This document shows positions 24,534-38,149 of a stretch of DNA of 64,000 nt, one piece after another. Source of the DNA: Malacoraja senta. Its lineage: Eukaryota. Under the pieces are notes generated by a model that was not told the DNA's origin, did not search any database, and saw only the letters and a list, made by a program, of their open reading frames with translations. The first letter of the stretch is position 1. Every line of letters begins with the position of its first letter. The stretch spans positions 14,758,001 to 14,822,000 of the forward strand of contig CM075990.1 of assembly GCA_038087875.1 (NCBI GenBank), written 5' to 3'. The position numbers and the translations under genes were made by a program.

Positions 24534-25921
24534 TATATATATATATATATAGATAACACATATGCACACATACGTACACACAAAAAAACAAAGACTAATA
24601 GTCTAATAATAACAATAGCCTATGGAGTTCAGAGCTTATTTGAGTTTGTAGTGTTTAATAGCAAAAATGGCTGTGGAGAAGAAGCTGTTCCTGAACTTGG
24701 ACGTTACAGGCCCCTGTACCTTCTTCCTGATGGTAGGGATGAAATGAGTGTGTGGCCAGGGTGGTGTGGGTCTCTGATTATGCTGGCTACCATTTTGAGG
24801 CAGTAATTCCGGTAAATCCCTTCGATGGTGGGGAGGTCAGAGCCGGTGATAGACTGGGCAGTGTTCACAACTTTTTGCAGTCTTCTTCACTCCTGGGCGT
24901 TCAAGTTGCCGAATCAGGCCATGATGCAACCAGTCAATATGCTCTCTACTGTACACCTGTAGAAGTTCAAGAGAATCCTCTCTCATATTAAATGGCAGAG
25001 CAAGCTTAAGGGACAGAATGGCATTTCTTGCTCCTAATTCATAGGTTTGCATCGGTCTGTTTGACATTAAGAATCTAATGAATATGTAGCAGTATTGATT
25101 TCTTCTTCAATGTGTTATTAAATGGCTTAGCAATTGCCTAAAAAGGCAGAATGATGGGCAGTCTGTAATGCCTGTTAATCTGCAGCATGGTGTATTTGGA
25201 GTCAAAATGTCATTTTCTTTGGTTTTCTCATTTACAGCTCCCTCCCAGATTTCAACTTAAAATCTATTTTTAAATTTAGCATCAATTAAAGTTGTAATTT
25301 GTAAAGTGTTAACTCATTTCTGCACATAAAATATTGCAAATGATAAATGAAGGTTTAACGTCCAAATAATGAAGTCCACACTGTACAATCTTAATGCAGA
25401 CATTAACCGATGATTTTGGAAGGGTCGGTGGAAACATTGACAATGTGGTAAATAGAAAAATTTGATTTCACAGGGAGAAATGGAAAATGTTGACTGTGGG
25501 ATTTGCATCTTGGTCGGTTTGGATGAGTTGGGCTGAAGGGCCTGTTTCCGTGTTGTGACTCTATGATTCTACTTAGCAGGGGTGCAAATGGAAAATGCAG
25601 GACATCTAGTGATTTTGTTTTGAAGCTAACCGCTGATCGGAAGGGATACCGGAGGTCTGTGAAGTCTAGTTCATTCAGGGAGTGGAGGAGATGAAAGCAA
25701 GAATGCAAAACATTTGGTTAGGCTGAAGCTTATTCCTTTGGGTTTTCCCCATGTATAATTGTTGTAAAAATCCTGCCTTAGGCACAACTCGGTCACATGG
25801 CCTATTCCTTAGTGTTGGAGATGGGTTTATGAAGCACATGTTGCCCCTTGATAACATCAACTTCTTGTCTGCTACTCGAGGCACAGCAAGCATTGTGAAG
25901 TGGATGGGGATAAAGATCACC

Positions 25922-26679
25922 AGGGGCGCCGAAAGATTGGCAGCCCCGCCAACTGTCTGTCTGTTTTTTCGTTAAAAAAAAAAAGATTTTGTGCGTTTTC
26001 AAAGTTTGTGTAAATGTTCTGTGGTTTGTTTTTATGTGAGGGGAGGGGGGGGGGGGTCAGGGGAAACTTTTTTTTTGGTTTCTTACCTTGCTGGAGATGC
26101 GAAATACTTTCCAGATCGTGACTCCGGTCGCTCTGCGGCCTACCATCGATGGAGCTGGAGGTCTCCACAGACTGACCTTGAGCGCCCCCACGGGGTGTAG
26201 ACTTAACATCGGAGTTGATCCCTTGCGTGGGATCGCTCCGACCGCGGCCAGCGGTCTTTACCATCGAGTTCGCAGTCTTGGGGGAGGCTAATCGTGACCT
26301 CCAACAAACGTAGAGACTCGACCCGCCCCGACGCGGGGTTCGATCGCTGGCGCGGGGGAGCTGACATCCCCCCGACGCAGGAGCTGATCGCCCCAACATG
26401 GAGAGCCCGACCACCGGCTACGGGAGTCAAGATCGTCCCGTCAATGGAGGGCCCGAGGCCCCCGACTGCAGGAGAGCACCCAAGCGAAGAGATTGAACTA
26501 TTTTTTCGCCTTCCATCACAGTGAGGAATGTGGAGGAGTCACTGTGGTGGATGTTTATGTTAAAATGTGTTTGTGTGTTCTGTTGCTTTTTATTTGTATG
26601 ACTGACTTGGCAAATGAAATTCCTTGTATGTTGTAAAACATACTTGGCTAATACAATATTATTGTGATTGTGATTGTGA
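25922..26679 (+). mobile_element. GC-rich non-coding retroposon with a Rex1-like 3' tail
   Basis: CpG-rich body; 3' end gcaaatgaaattccttgtatgttgtaaaacatacttggctaata and (ATTGTG)n tail; no convincing ORF. Confidence 0.6.
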
Positions 26680-27289
26680 AGATGTGTGTTTGGGCTTGCC
26701 AGAGCTCTGAGTATTACAATTGAGAGTACGGCTTGTGGAATTGATCTGCATGACATTAGCTGCATAGTGATGTGACAAGGTTGAGATGGTGAATGCTTGG
26801 ACGTAATGCAGGAGACCAGGACAGATAAAGCAGTTTGCCAAAGATGTTCAGGATGTAGATGACGATTTTGGCTAACACGCTTGTGGTTATTTTGGGAAGA
26901 TTAGTAATGGGGCTTCAGGCATTCCAAAACTAAAGTTATTTGTGAAGTGAACATACAGCTGCAAGGCAATGATACAGGAACTTGGACATGAATTATGACC
27001 TAAAAATTGTGTGATAGTTGGACGAATGGATAGGTCCAGGGTGATCTTCCTGGTCATGGTTTTGAAGGGACAGATGGTGGATGAAAAGAAAGTCTGTTGT
27101 TTCTCCCTTTTTCTATGTCATGGAAGGAGGTGATTCAGCCACTGAGTTGATGCCAGGTCCCATTAATCCCACTCATCCACAGTTTCCCTGTAACCTATTC
27201 TCACTCTCAAGTCATCAACTTTGTTCCCCCACACCCCTCATCCCTGCAGTACTCTTGCCACCCAACTGGAGTTTCCCTTATCCCCAACT

Positions 27290-27385
27290 AGTCTGAAGAA
27301 GGGTCTTGACCCGAAACGTCACCCATTCCTTCTCTCCAGAGATGCTGCCTGTCCCGCTGAGTTACTCCAGCTTTTTGTGTCTATT
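27290..27385 (+). mobile_element. short PLE-derived hammerhead element nested in a SINE remnant
   Basis: CTGAAGA at 27293, GGGT-CTTG-ACCC, GAAACGTC intact; flanked by minus-strand SINE-like sequence at 27130-27540. Confidence 0.85.
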
Positions 27386-28467
27386 ACCTCATCAATAAGC
27401 CAGTCTTCGGGCTGTGGGATGAGAATGGAGTCCCAGAGGAAACCACGCAGTTACAGAGACAGTGAACGCTGGAGGTCAGGATTGAACCCAAGACACTGGA
27501 GCTGAGGTAGCAGCTCCACTAGCTGCTCCACCAGCTGCACCATCGACCATTTGGGAATATGAATGTTAATTGATTAAAAATTTGTGTCAGGAGGTGACCA
27601 AGGTAGCAGTAACAGGGTCTCACTTGGGGCAAAGACAGCCACTGAGTGAAAGGAGATACCTTTGTGATTCACATCCTTTGACTCCATGGGACCAATGGAC
27701 CTCCTCAGAATGTGGGTGAAGTTTGTCCAGTTGGATGAAATCAGCTGCAGGGACTGAGCACTCTGGATTCCTCTTCAATGTTGCGATTCTTTAGCTGTTT
27801 CTGTGGACAGTTTCACTCCAAGTCGACAAAAATCCAGGCCCTGATACCGTAACAACAAATCCTGCTGATAAAAGTAAGGCACCGTGGATCAAATCACTTT
27901 GTTTGTGAGGTACTCGTGTAATGGTAGGAAAGTCATGTGTAAGACATGCAATGACAGTCATCAAAACATGCTGCGAGATAAAATGTGGTCTATTTTAACG
28001 ATCAAGCATGATGCAGAGTGGGGGCATTGTGTAATAATTATATCACATGATTTATGACTTTCTAAATTCCTACTGATGTCATTTCTTGTGGAGCGCGAGA
28101 GAGGTTTAAGTCTTGTGACTGCTTTCGCAATGCAGGCACTGTGTCTGAATCTAATCGGTTATGTCAATACTGAAGCAAACATCACTTTCTTTTTCATGGG
28201 TCTACAAATAAGCAGTTGTCCAGCCTGGGCTGACCGGCTAGATTCTGAAAGCAGCTGCTCGAACCTTGTTTTGCTGCTATCATTTTGTCTTACTTCTCAA
28301 CAAACGCATGTTACCATTTGCCTACGGCTTCCCTTGAATTTAGCAGTGATGATTATGTTTGCACGTGAGGTTTCCACAGAAAAATAGCTAAAATAATGAT
28401 CACTAATGTACATAAGCCACTTTATTCAGAATTTTGCTTGGCATTAACTACATCTTCAATTGGGTGA

Positions 28468-28670
28468 AACAAGGATCTGCAGATGCTGTTTTACTAAAAA
28501 GGACACAAAGTGCTGGAGTAACTCGGCAGGTCGGGCAGCATCTGTGGAGCGCATGGGCCGGTGAGGTTTCAGGTCAGACTGAAGAAGGGTCCCAACCCAA
28601 AATGTCGCCTATCCATGTTCTCCAGTGATGCTGGCAGACCCGCTAATTTACCGCACTACTTTGTGTTGTT
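28468..28670 (-). mobile_element. fold-back PLE hammerhead element
   Basis: Tail ctgcagatgctg on left; arms around CTGAAGAagggtcccaaccc. Confidence 0.75.
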
Positions 28671-28906
28671 CTTTACTATGGTTTCTTTGATGAAATAGCT
28701 GTGCAAAAATTGCCTACTGCACTTCTCACACATGAGACTGCTGTTCAAAAGTTACCAGCGTGGAAGTCACTGATGTTCAGTAGCCAGAACTATTTTCCAT
28801 TGCATTTGGTGCAACGACCCAATATTATATTACACCCCCCCCCCCCACTAAAATGCTAATATTATTAGAGTTCTTTGTTGCTTCTGTGGTTTGGATATTG
28901 TCTTAA

Positions 28907-29243
28907 AGGCCTGTCTGACGAGTCTGCGGTCATTGGCGGTGATACAGGAAGTATCTACCGCTCGTGGACCGCCAGAGACCGCGGGTTCGGTCAAACGACC
29001 ACCGCTGGGGCCGTGCGGCGTTTGTCCCAACACCGCACGGTGCTAAAAAAAAGTCAGCACTGTCCAAAAATAATTTCTTACCGCACAGCCGCCGCCAGTG
29101 AGGCACGAGTGCGGCACGGTCACCGCCACAGCCGCCGCCAGTGAGGCACGAGCGCCGTGAGTCGAACGCTCACCGCCACAGCCACCGCCAGTGAGGCACG
29201 AGTGCGGGACGCTCACCGCCACAGCCGCCGCCAGTGAGGCACG
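28907..29243 (+). mobile_element. truncated Harbinger-like element with internal ~39-bp tandem repeats
   Basis: taa|aggcctgtctgac start resembles AGGGCCTGTCCCAC; caccgccacagccgccgccagtgaggcacg repeated about 4 times; right TIR not found. Confidence 0.5.
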
Positions 29244-32200
29244 TGAACTTCCAAGTTCAAATGTTGCAACATTTTTGAGATTTGCTTCCTTTGTTCATAT
29301 TCTGGCCAAGGCTGTAATCAAATGATGTGTTATTCAGACAGAACCCACACTGAAAATCAGTAGGCAGGTTATTGCTGAGTAATTGCTCCATGATACTGGT
29401 TTTAATGGCTTTTAGGTTGAATTTACTGATAAGTTAGAACATGCAGTTGAGAAAATAATTGACAGGGTAAAGTGTTTTTTTTTTGTGCAGAGGGCATAAC
29501 ACCAATTTCCCCTTTGTTGCCTGAATTAGTGTTGCAGATGTATTGATGTGGTTCTGGAGAGTAGGTTATAAACACTGAGAGGGATGTGCATGAATTACAA
29601 AGTTAGTACAAAGGTGTTAGCACAACATGCAATTATGAAGCCAAAGAGGGTGTTGACTATAATTACAGGGAGGTTTGTTCACCATAATGTGGAAGACTTG
29701 CGTGAACTGTATGAGGCGCTGATGAGACTGCACATGGAGTCTTGCCGAGACTCCATATCTCAGGAAGAATAGTTTTGCCTTCAGGTTAACGTAGTGGATT
29801 TTAATCAGATAGTGAGAGAGCAGTCCTTTTAAGAATGTGATTTTCCAGAATTTAGAAGAATGCCAGGTGTTGTTCGGAAGGGCTGAGCAGCTGGATGTGG
29901 AAACTAGAGAAGATAGCATGGTCTCAGAAAGCGGTTGAACATTGAGGAGTGATTTAGGGCAAATTTCTGAGGATGGAATTCTCCACCTTGTTGCGTTGGG
30001 ATTCTTGGATGCTTGAGTAAATTGGAGGAAGAAATAGATTTCAGGGGTGCAGTGTAATCGAAACAAATGGGGATTGGGCAAGAAGTTGGAGATAAGGTTG
30101 AAGACCAGCTGTGACATAATCTATGTCAAAGCATACTTGAAGGCCTATATGACCTCAGTAATTTTTTTCTAGCATTAAATCATTTTTCATCTGATTGTAT
30201 TCGTACAAACTCTTGTGATGTTGCCTTTTCTCGTTGGTGTTTGCATTCAGATGGTGCGAGATTCCCGCCTCACCTGTAATGGAATTTTGTTAACTTTTTA
30301 AAATGATACCCACTTGCTTCTGAGCAGTGTATTTTGTCAAAACTCCACAATGCATGCTGTTACCTGGCACGAACAAATATCATTGCATTGCATGTTTTAC
30401 TTCATTCCACTGCTTAGTCAACTTTGTGGATCAGATTTACTTTTGAAAACAACTCCCTCTGAATAGGAATTACACATTAATCTTTCTCTTAGCATTTTAC
30501 TGAGTATATTGCCATAATTATTGTTAATCCAGCTACATGTTTAGCAACTATTTAATTAAATTTCCTTAACGTGGAAACAAACTTGGACCTTGCATGGTTT
30601 TGGATTAAACTGACTTTTCAACAAAACCACCAATTCCTTAATGTTTTTATTTGAGTTTCTCCAGTCCTTGGTATGTTTTTCATCAAACCATATCTGAGTG
30701 TTTTCACTGTGATAATTGTGATAGAACTCATTATTAGTGTTGTTTAAGGTAAAGAAATATGACAGTATCTCTCACAATATTCTCCCATCTCTGGGGAGCC
30801 TAACATTGACCTTCCCATATTTTTTTCAACATAGACTATTGTTACACTTTATTGTGTTTTATCTTAGTCTCTGCCATTCTTCTGTTTTCCCTTGTTCATA
30901 AATTGATGTTAATACCCTTAATCACATTTATGATTGTTGAGAAGCGAAAGGGAATATCGACTTTGTTTGATGAAACAATTTCCCACACAATGAACTTTCC
31001 TGGTGGTTCAGAAACATTCTGAGCTATAAAAAAAGACATAGGTATTGTGTGCATATCCATTTAATATGCATTCATAATTTGGATGTGACGCAACTGGATT
31101 ATAGTAAGCTTTTAAGCCACATATTTTGAAGTAAAAATGTCAAAGTCTCCTTCAGACTAAAGAGGTAAGGAGTAGTAAAGCATGAAATTATAATTAACAC
31201 AGCCACATTGATCTAAAACATATTTGTCAGAAGCAATGAAAAATGTTCAATACATTGGTGTTAATTTTGGTGCCATAGTTGATATATGATTACTGTAACA
31301 AGTAAATAATTGAGCATGAAACTTTGTAATGAAATTTTTTTCCCAGAGCAGAGTCCCTAATGCATCAACAATCAAGGTCATGGAAAAGCATCCTGGCCTG
31401 AATAAACATGGTTTTCTGCGTTGCTGAATCATTTTTTGGTGCCGTGCACATGGAACACGCAAACACTTTTTCCCTTCAAATTCAGACTCCTTGGATTTAC
31501 TTCTAAGTTGGTTTGAAATATATGTGCTGGATTTCCTCTCTTGCTGCTTAATGTTATTTGGGAAAAAAAAGTAGTTTTATATTACTTGGACTGTGCGTGC
31601 GTAATACTTAGAGTTGAACCAAATTCGGAACATTTCAGATGAATTAATGTTAATTCTTTCCTTACTATTCAACTTCCATTTTCAAAAATGTATTTTGGCT
31701 AATCCATAGGAGAAGTCTGGTTGATCATTGCTGTCATAAAGCAAAAATCATACTCTTTGCTATTTAATATCTCCCTACTTGTGTTCTTGGCCATTCTTTT
31801 AACTTTCCTGCTGTTTAATTGATAGTAATTCTTTGCAATCACACAAATAAATTGCCTTTGCCATTGATTTTACTCAAGGAAAAGTCTTGCATTTGCATAG
31901 GTTCTTTGATAATTTTGTGACGCCCACTAACACTTGCCAAACAATGAAGTACCTATTTATGTCCAGTGGCTTTCAAACTGCTCACACCCAATCCCAATTA
32001 ACAGCACGAAGATCTGGCTTGAAGTTTTGACCTTGGTGTGTTTGACTGGGGGGGGGGGGGATATTGACCAGGGTATTGGTCGTATCTTCCCTGGTTTTGC
32101 AGCAAAATATCGTTTGTTTCACCGCAAGAGCAGATACTATTTCATCCCAAAGTTGCTACATGTGTTGGTACAGAAAGTCTCAGTACTGCCCTGCATTTTA

Positions 32201-32340
32201 TGCTGCTCTGGGGAGAAACCTTCACTTGGCAGGCAAATGTTATCGTCAACCATGGCTGAGATGACTCGGATAGCAACTATCAATAATTTAAGATATAAAA
32301 ATGCCACCTGCGTGGTATTTGAATGTTTTTATTTCTTAAA

Positions 32341-32586
32341 TCAAGTCAAGTCAATTTTATTTCTATAGCACATTTAAAAACAACTCTCGTTGACCAAAGT
32401 GCTTTACATCAGTACAGGTACCAACATGCTACAAACAGTGGTACATAGATCTAGCAATACATACATAAATACATACATACAGCGCTCCCTCAGAGGACCT
32501 CAAGAAACGCTTGTGAGTAGAAATAAGTTTTAAGTCTAGACTTAAAAGAGTTGATGGAGGGGGCAGTTCTGATGGGAAGAGGGACA
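32341..32586 (-). mobile_element. L2-clade LINE 3' fragment
   Basis: Minus strand LPIRTAPSINSFKSRLKTYFYSQAF; gtaaagcactttggtca...gtgctatagaaat stem-loop; (TTGAC)n tail. Confidence 0.8.
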
Positions 32587-32807
32587 AACAAATCATTGTT
32601 GTTTGTTCTTTTATTGTTCTTCTGATGACGTGTTCCTGTGCATGCAGTTCTATTATATCAGGTTACTTCTTTTACCCCTCCGATCTCAATGAAATGTGTG
32701 CAGTGACTCTCCGGGATTGATAAGGGCTATAAAAATGACTTAATGCAAATTATGCTGTCAAACACAAAAAAAGTCATAATTCCATGCATTTTAAATAAAG
32801 AAGCCAT

Positions 32808-33872
32808 TACATCAATGATTGTTTTGGTGCCACATCCTGCACCCACACACAACTGACTGACTTCATCCGCTTCACCACCAACTTCCATCCGGCACTCAAA
32901 TACACCTGGACCATTTCCGACACTTCCCTACCATTCCTTGACCTCACTATCTCCATCGAAGGTAATAGACTCCTTACCGACATCCACTACAAACCCACCG
33001 ACTCCCATGGCTATCTGGACTACACTTCTTCCCACCCTGCTTCCTGTAAGGACTCCATCCCCCACTCCCAATTCCTCCGTCTACGCCGCATCTGCTCCCA
33101 GGATGAGGCGTTCCACACCAGGGCATCTGAAATGTCCTCATTCTTCAGGGAACGGGGGTTCCCCTCCTCCACCATAGATGAGGCTCGCACCAGGGTCTCT
33201 GCCATACCCCGCAACACTGCTCTCTCTCCCCATCCCCCCACTCACAACAAGGGCAGGGTCCCCCTAGTCCTCACCTTTCACCCCACCAGCCATCACATAC
33301 AACAAGTGATCCTCCGTCAGTTTCGCCACCTCCAACGTGACCCCACCACTCGCCACATCTTCCCATCTCCCCCCATGTCTGCCTTCCGCAAAGACCGCTC
33401 CCTCCGTAACTCCCTTGTCAATTCTTCCCTTCCCTCCCATACCACCCCCTCCCCTGGTACTTTCCCTTGCAACCGCAAGAGATGCAACACATGTCCCTTC
33501 ACCTCCCCCCTCGACTCCATTCAAGGACCCAAGCAGTCATTCCAGGTGTGACAGAGGTTCACCTGCATCTCCTCCAACCTCATCTATTGCATCCGCTGCT
33601 CTAGATGCCAGCTGATCTACATCGGTGAGACCAAGCGGAGGCTTGGCGATCGTTTCGCCGAACACCTCCGGCCGGTCCGCAATAACCAACTTGACCTCCC
33701 GGTGGCTCAGCACTTCAACTCCCCCTCTCATTCCATATCTGACCTCTCTGTCCTGGGTCTCCTCCATGGCCACAGCGAGCAACACCGTAAATTGGAGGAA
33801 ATGCACCTCATATTCCGCTTGGGCAGTCTACATCCTGGGGGCTTGAACATTGAATTCTCCCAATTCTGCTAG
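32808..33872 (+). pseudogene. PLE reverse transcriptase / GIY-YIG endonuclease fragment
   Basis: One frame: YINDCFG (YIDD motif), LPFLDL, YKPTDSHGYL, SIPHSQFLRLRRICS, PCNRKRCNTC, single TGA at 33549, NLIYCIRCSRCQLIYIGETKRRLGDRFAEH, VAQHFN, GLNIEF, TAG at 33870. Confidence 0.92.
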
Positions 33873-33952
33873 CCCTTGCTGTCCCCTCCCCCAGCCCTCG
33901 GGCTCCTCCTCCGCCTTTTTCCTTTTCTCCTTTCTTCTCCCCACCCTCTATC

Positions 33953-33986
33953 AGTCTGAAGAAGGGTTTCGGCCCGAAACGTTGCC
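33953..33986 (+). ncRNA. minimal hammerhead ribozyme motif in PLE pLTR
   Basis: CUGAAGA (33956)-A-GGGU UUCG GCCC-GAAA-CG-UU; palindromic ACGU helix III; helix I only about 2 bp, activity not shown. Confidence 0.6.
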
Positions 33987-36900
33987 TATTTCCTTCGCTC
34001 CATAGATGCTGTTGCACCCGCTGAGTTTCTCCAGCATTTTTGTGTACCAGCCTTTATTAACTTCTTGTTTTTTAGCAATCTGAACAGCAACCAGACAGTT
34101 AATAAACTCTGGATTTTGTGCCTTCATTTACATGACTAAAACTATCAGTCTTGGGATATAAATTATTCTTGCGACTGCCCCTCCGATGTGATGAGTGGCT
34201 TATCTATCTGCACCTCCACTGCAATATGTTATGGCCCACGGGCTAAGTACAGTGTTGTGTGGGTCAGTAGAAGGGTTTGGGATTATTTGAATGGGAAATT
34301 ATAGTTTTTATTCAATGCATTTGTACTATGTATGAACTTTACTCATGCTGACTCGGTTATTTGACTTTGAACCCGATGTTATCAGAAAGAGAGGAATTAA
34401 ATTCCATCAATCTGGTGACATTCATCCTCCAAACAGATGTGAAATTATGGTGGGATTAGTTGAATGGACTGTTTTGTTTCTGGAAGTGGGCTAAATTTAA
34501 TATATACTTAATGGGTCTGATCATCTGACCCAATGTTGTGGCCATAAAGATCAGCATTCCTCAATGACCCTGCCACTCTCCTAACTGTGTCTGGCTGGCT
34601 TTACCTGCCACCCACATGGTGCCATTCACCATTCTTCAGTAGGCAGGGGAGGTTGCATGTAACGGCAATATTCTCCACACATTTACAAAGTCTGACTTAC
34701 TGATGCAACATCAGATACTCATTTGATAAAAGATTATCTGTGGTGGAGAATGGTACACTTCACATGATCAGCTTTTTAAACCTGCTCATGTGATCCAAAT
34801 AGATGAAAAACAACTTCCATTGGAATGAGACAGATCTCTGCTGTTAATTAGATTTGATGACACTAGATGTAACCATGTTGTTAGTCTAGTCAGCTCAGTT
34901 TATTGGTTGGTTGCATGCCTGTTGATTGGCACTTGCACTAAACTTGCAATGCAAGCAGTACACCCAATTTAGTAAGTAGAATGGAGATGAATCTTGACCC
35001 CTGCATATATCAGAACAATGAATTAGGTTGTGCTGGACACAGTTTGATGCCCCAGTCTCTGCCCAGATAGTAATCCGTGTTGAAATGTAGCCACAAGCTG
35101 TTACTACATGGGAAGGTGGCAGATCAGTAAGTTAATTCTACTTGGGCTTCACACGTGCATATTAGCATGGGAGATGGTTGAAGTGTGGGAATAAATGATA
35201 GAAGCAATTTTGGAGAGCGCTGGCAATTTTAATAGGTTTCAATCTTTTAATTGAAGTGTGCCTTCAGCCTGTTTCTAATTAACGGAGGTTGCAACTATTG
35301 TGTTTATACTGCCATTGGAAAGGATTGATAAGTCAACTTAATACAAACTATAATGATCAATTTTTATATTGATCAGATTCACACCAGTTTGTGGCTTAAT
35401 TCACTGCACAATAGGAGAGTTCCTGAAATTGGACTTTATTCCTCTTAAAGCATTCAATGTTACTTTTGATAAGTAAAATGAAATGTTATCCACACATGAT
35501 CCCCATCTGAATTATATTTTATGGATGTTGTTTCAGCTAAATAGAGATGAATGTTAGCTTGTTTGTTAAAGTATCATTGTGTAAATATTAATAGAAGAGA
35601 TTGCCTTGTCAGTTTCCAAAACAAATTCCTTAAGTGGCCTTCCTCTATGAACTGGCAGCCTGCAATCATTGTCCTTGGTAAACTAGTTATGAATGGTAAG
35701 ACATGCCAATAAATAAAAAGTGAACATCTTTAAAATATATTTATGGAAACATTATAACATTTATTACTAACTAAAGAAATCAGACAAGAATACATGACGA
35801 ATTCAGTCATGCAATATCCTGACACTTTTTCTGTAGTTTTTTTCTCATTATAGCCATGCCACTATGAAGCTGTTTGATGAGTTCCAAGTCCATGGGGATT
35901 TATCGCATCACCTCAATTCTTTTGAGCTTCTGCCACTGTTGTGTTCTTGGCTGGTGGCTCATCAGTTGGTTGGTCTTCGTCAGATGAAGCCATCCGACTG
36001 AATCAACGTTAATTTTGTCTCAAACACTTGGCTTTTGTGATCAGGATGTCAATAACATACTTACGAGACACATCGTAAAATAATAAGAACGTTCTTCATG
36101 CGCTTGGCATTATGCATACAGACTACACTGGCATTGTCCTCTGTAACTGCCTACCATTTATCCCTCTGACTATGAATATTACTAACAGTAGAGCAACTGA
36201 TAGTGATCCCTAAAACATTGAGAATTTAAACCTGATACCAAGCTGGGAAACATTACGGTGTTGCCTTGCGCAAATACATCTGTACATTCCTTATCTCAAA
36301 GTTTTTGGAAGTGATTTGTGAATTTTGCAAGGGCATGTTTCCGTAACCCAATCTGTCATGATACAGGGGTAAACTGTTTGTTTATTCTGGGGGAAATTGG
36401 ATTTCTATCATAGAGTCAGAAGCAGGACAATTTGCACATACTGTCCATGCCAACCATCAGTCATCCATCTACACTGATTCCCATTAAGAACATTTTATCT
36501 GGAGCCTTCTGCACCTTGGCAATTCAAGCCTCCAATAGATACTACTTAGATAGAACAGAACAGTTAGGAACAGACCCTTCAGCACACGATGTCTGTGCCA
36601 AACGTGATACAACAGTAAGTTAAATTAATCTCCACTGCCTGCACTTGATCCACATCCCTCCAAACCGTAGATATTCTGGTGCCTATATAAAAGTCCCTGA
36701 AGTACTATTATCATATTGAGTTCCCCCACCAAACCCTGGCAGCACATTCCAGGTAACCGTCACTCCCTTTTTCTGTTGAAATAAAAAAAATGCCCTGCCC
36801 ATAGATATTGCAAGAGTCGCTGCCTCCACCATCCTTACAGGCAGTGCTTTCGAAGATTGTTGGATATTACTTCCTCATAGCATAATTGATCCCAGTGGAG

Positions 36901-37219
36901 TCAGTGAAATACTCTCAATATGTGAGAGAAAAATACAGTGATGAAGTAAATTACTCAATCTATCGATGCATCGCGGTTGGAGAGTGAATGCTCACTAACA
37001 TGCTCAATAAACCTTTCTTCGAAGCTAATTGTATGGAATCATTTGCATTCCCCTTAAATGGCTCCAATGAACCTTGATTTAAATCCCATCCTGTATGTTC
37101 ACTACATATGGAAATACAGGACTTCTTCAAAATGGCTCTAAATTATCTCAACTTAATCTGTTTGACTCTAAGTGGGTCTGAAATCCGAGGTCAAATTCCA
37201 GTGGCAAAAAGTGCTGCAT

Positions 37220-38030
37220 AAGAATAAGAAATAGATGCAGGAGTGGTCTGTTCAGTCGTTTATGTGCATGCTCCACTGTTCAGTGAGATGAAGGCTGTTT
37301 TTCTATGTCAATGCTACCTTCTTGCACGTCCTGTACCGATTTTGATTTTTTTCATATCTTAAAAACATTTCATTCCATCTTGAAAATTCTTTGTGACCGA
37401 GCCTCGACAGCCCTCTTGGGTAGAAAATTCCAAAGATTCAGTACCATCCTGGTAAAGATATTTCTTCTGTGTCCTAAATAACCTTCCCTTCATTTTGTGA
37501 CTGTATCTCCTGGTTAAAGAAACCTGGGCGAGAGGAACATTATCCCTGCAATATCTCTGTCAAGTCCTTCAAGAATATTGTGTGTTTCCATGAGATCATC
37601 TCTGATTCTTCTAAACTCTGGAGAATAGACGGCCAGCCTGCTTAATCTTTCCTCATTGTGATGAACCCACCATCCCAGGAGTCAATCTGGTAAACCAGCA
37701 TTGCATTCCCTCTGCTGTAAATCTATCTGTATGCAACCCTCCAGGTGCAATAACATTAGGATCCGATATAATTGGAGCAAGATGTCTCCATTCTAGTACG
37801 CCAAGTCTTTAGCAGTAAAGGCCAACATACTGTTTGTCTTCCTAATTGCTGGCTGTAATTCCTTGTTAGCTTTTCACGGTTTGTGCACAAGAACACTTGA
37901 GTCCCTCTGACCGCCAACAACTATCAATCTCTCAACTTTTCAAAATGCAGCCTTTAGCTTTTGAATGCATGTCAATGACCTTGCATCATTCCACAGTGTA
38001 TCTCATCTACCATATTGTTGCCAATTCACT
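37220..38030 (-). mobile_element. old CR1 LINE 3' portion
   Basis: ataagaataagaaatag tail; diverged homology to the young CR1 (ttctaaactc, catcccagga...tctggt, ggccaacatac). Confidence 0.75.
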
Positions 38031-38149
38031 TAATCTGACCACCCTCCTGAATCCTTGGATCCTTCTCACAGCCCACGCTGCCACCCAACCTTGTTTCATC
38101 GATAAGCATCATCAGTGCCATTGAACCAAGTGATGCAAGAGTAAAAGCT

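Larger units (their letters stand above)
22880..24985 (-). mobile_element. Rex1/Babar LINE 3' portion, interrupted by Tc1
   Basis: Minus-strand LLNFYRCTVESILTGCI...RLQKVVNTAQSITGSDLP...IIRDPHHPGH; 3'UTR resumes at 22880-23058 on the other side of the Tc1. Confidence 0.85.
32808..34048 (+). mobile_element. Penelope-like retroelement (Neptune-type), 5'-truncated
   Basis: RT remnant + Cys linker + GIY-YIG + pLTR with hammerhead; possible TSD agcc(a/t)tta at 32802 and 34049. Confidence 0.92.

Noticed and set aside
25917..26524. 165-aa and other ORFs
   Set aside because: Low-complexity translations of a GC-rich repeat
29080..29243. Repeat array superficially like CRISPR
   Set aside because: Near-contiguous ~39-bp minisatellite without unique spacers, in eukaryotic DNA with no cas genes
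29617..30117. 166-aa minus-strand ORF
   Set aside because: Antisense to a heavily decayed CR1 3' region; no coding signature
35800..36050. Minus-strand acidic peptide SSDEDQPTDEPPAK resembling a Tigger/pogo C-terminus
   Set aside because: No TIRs or DDE motifs found
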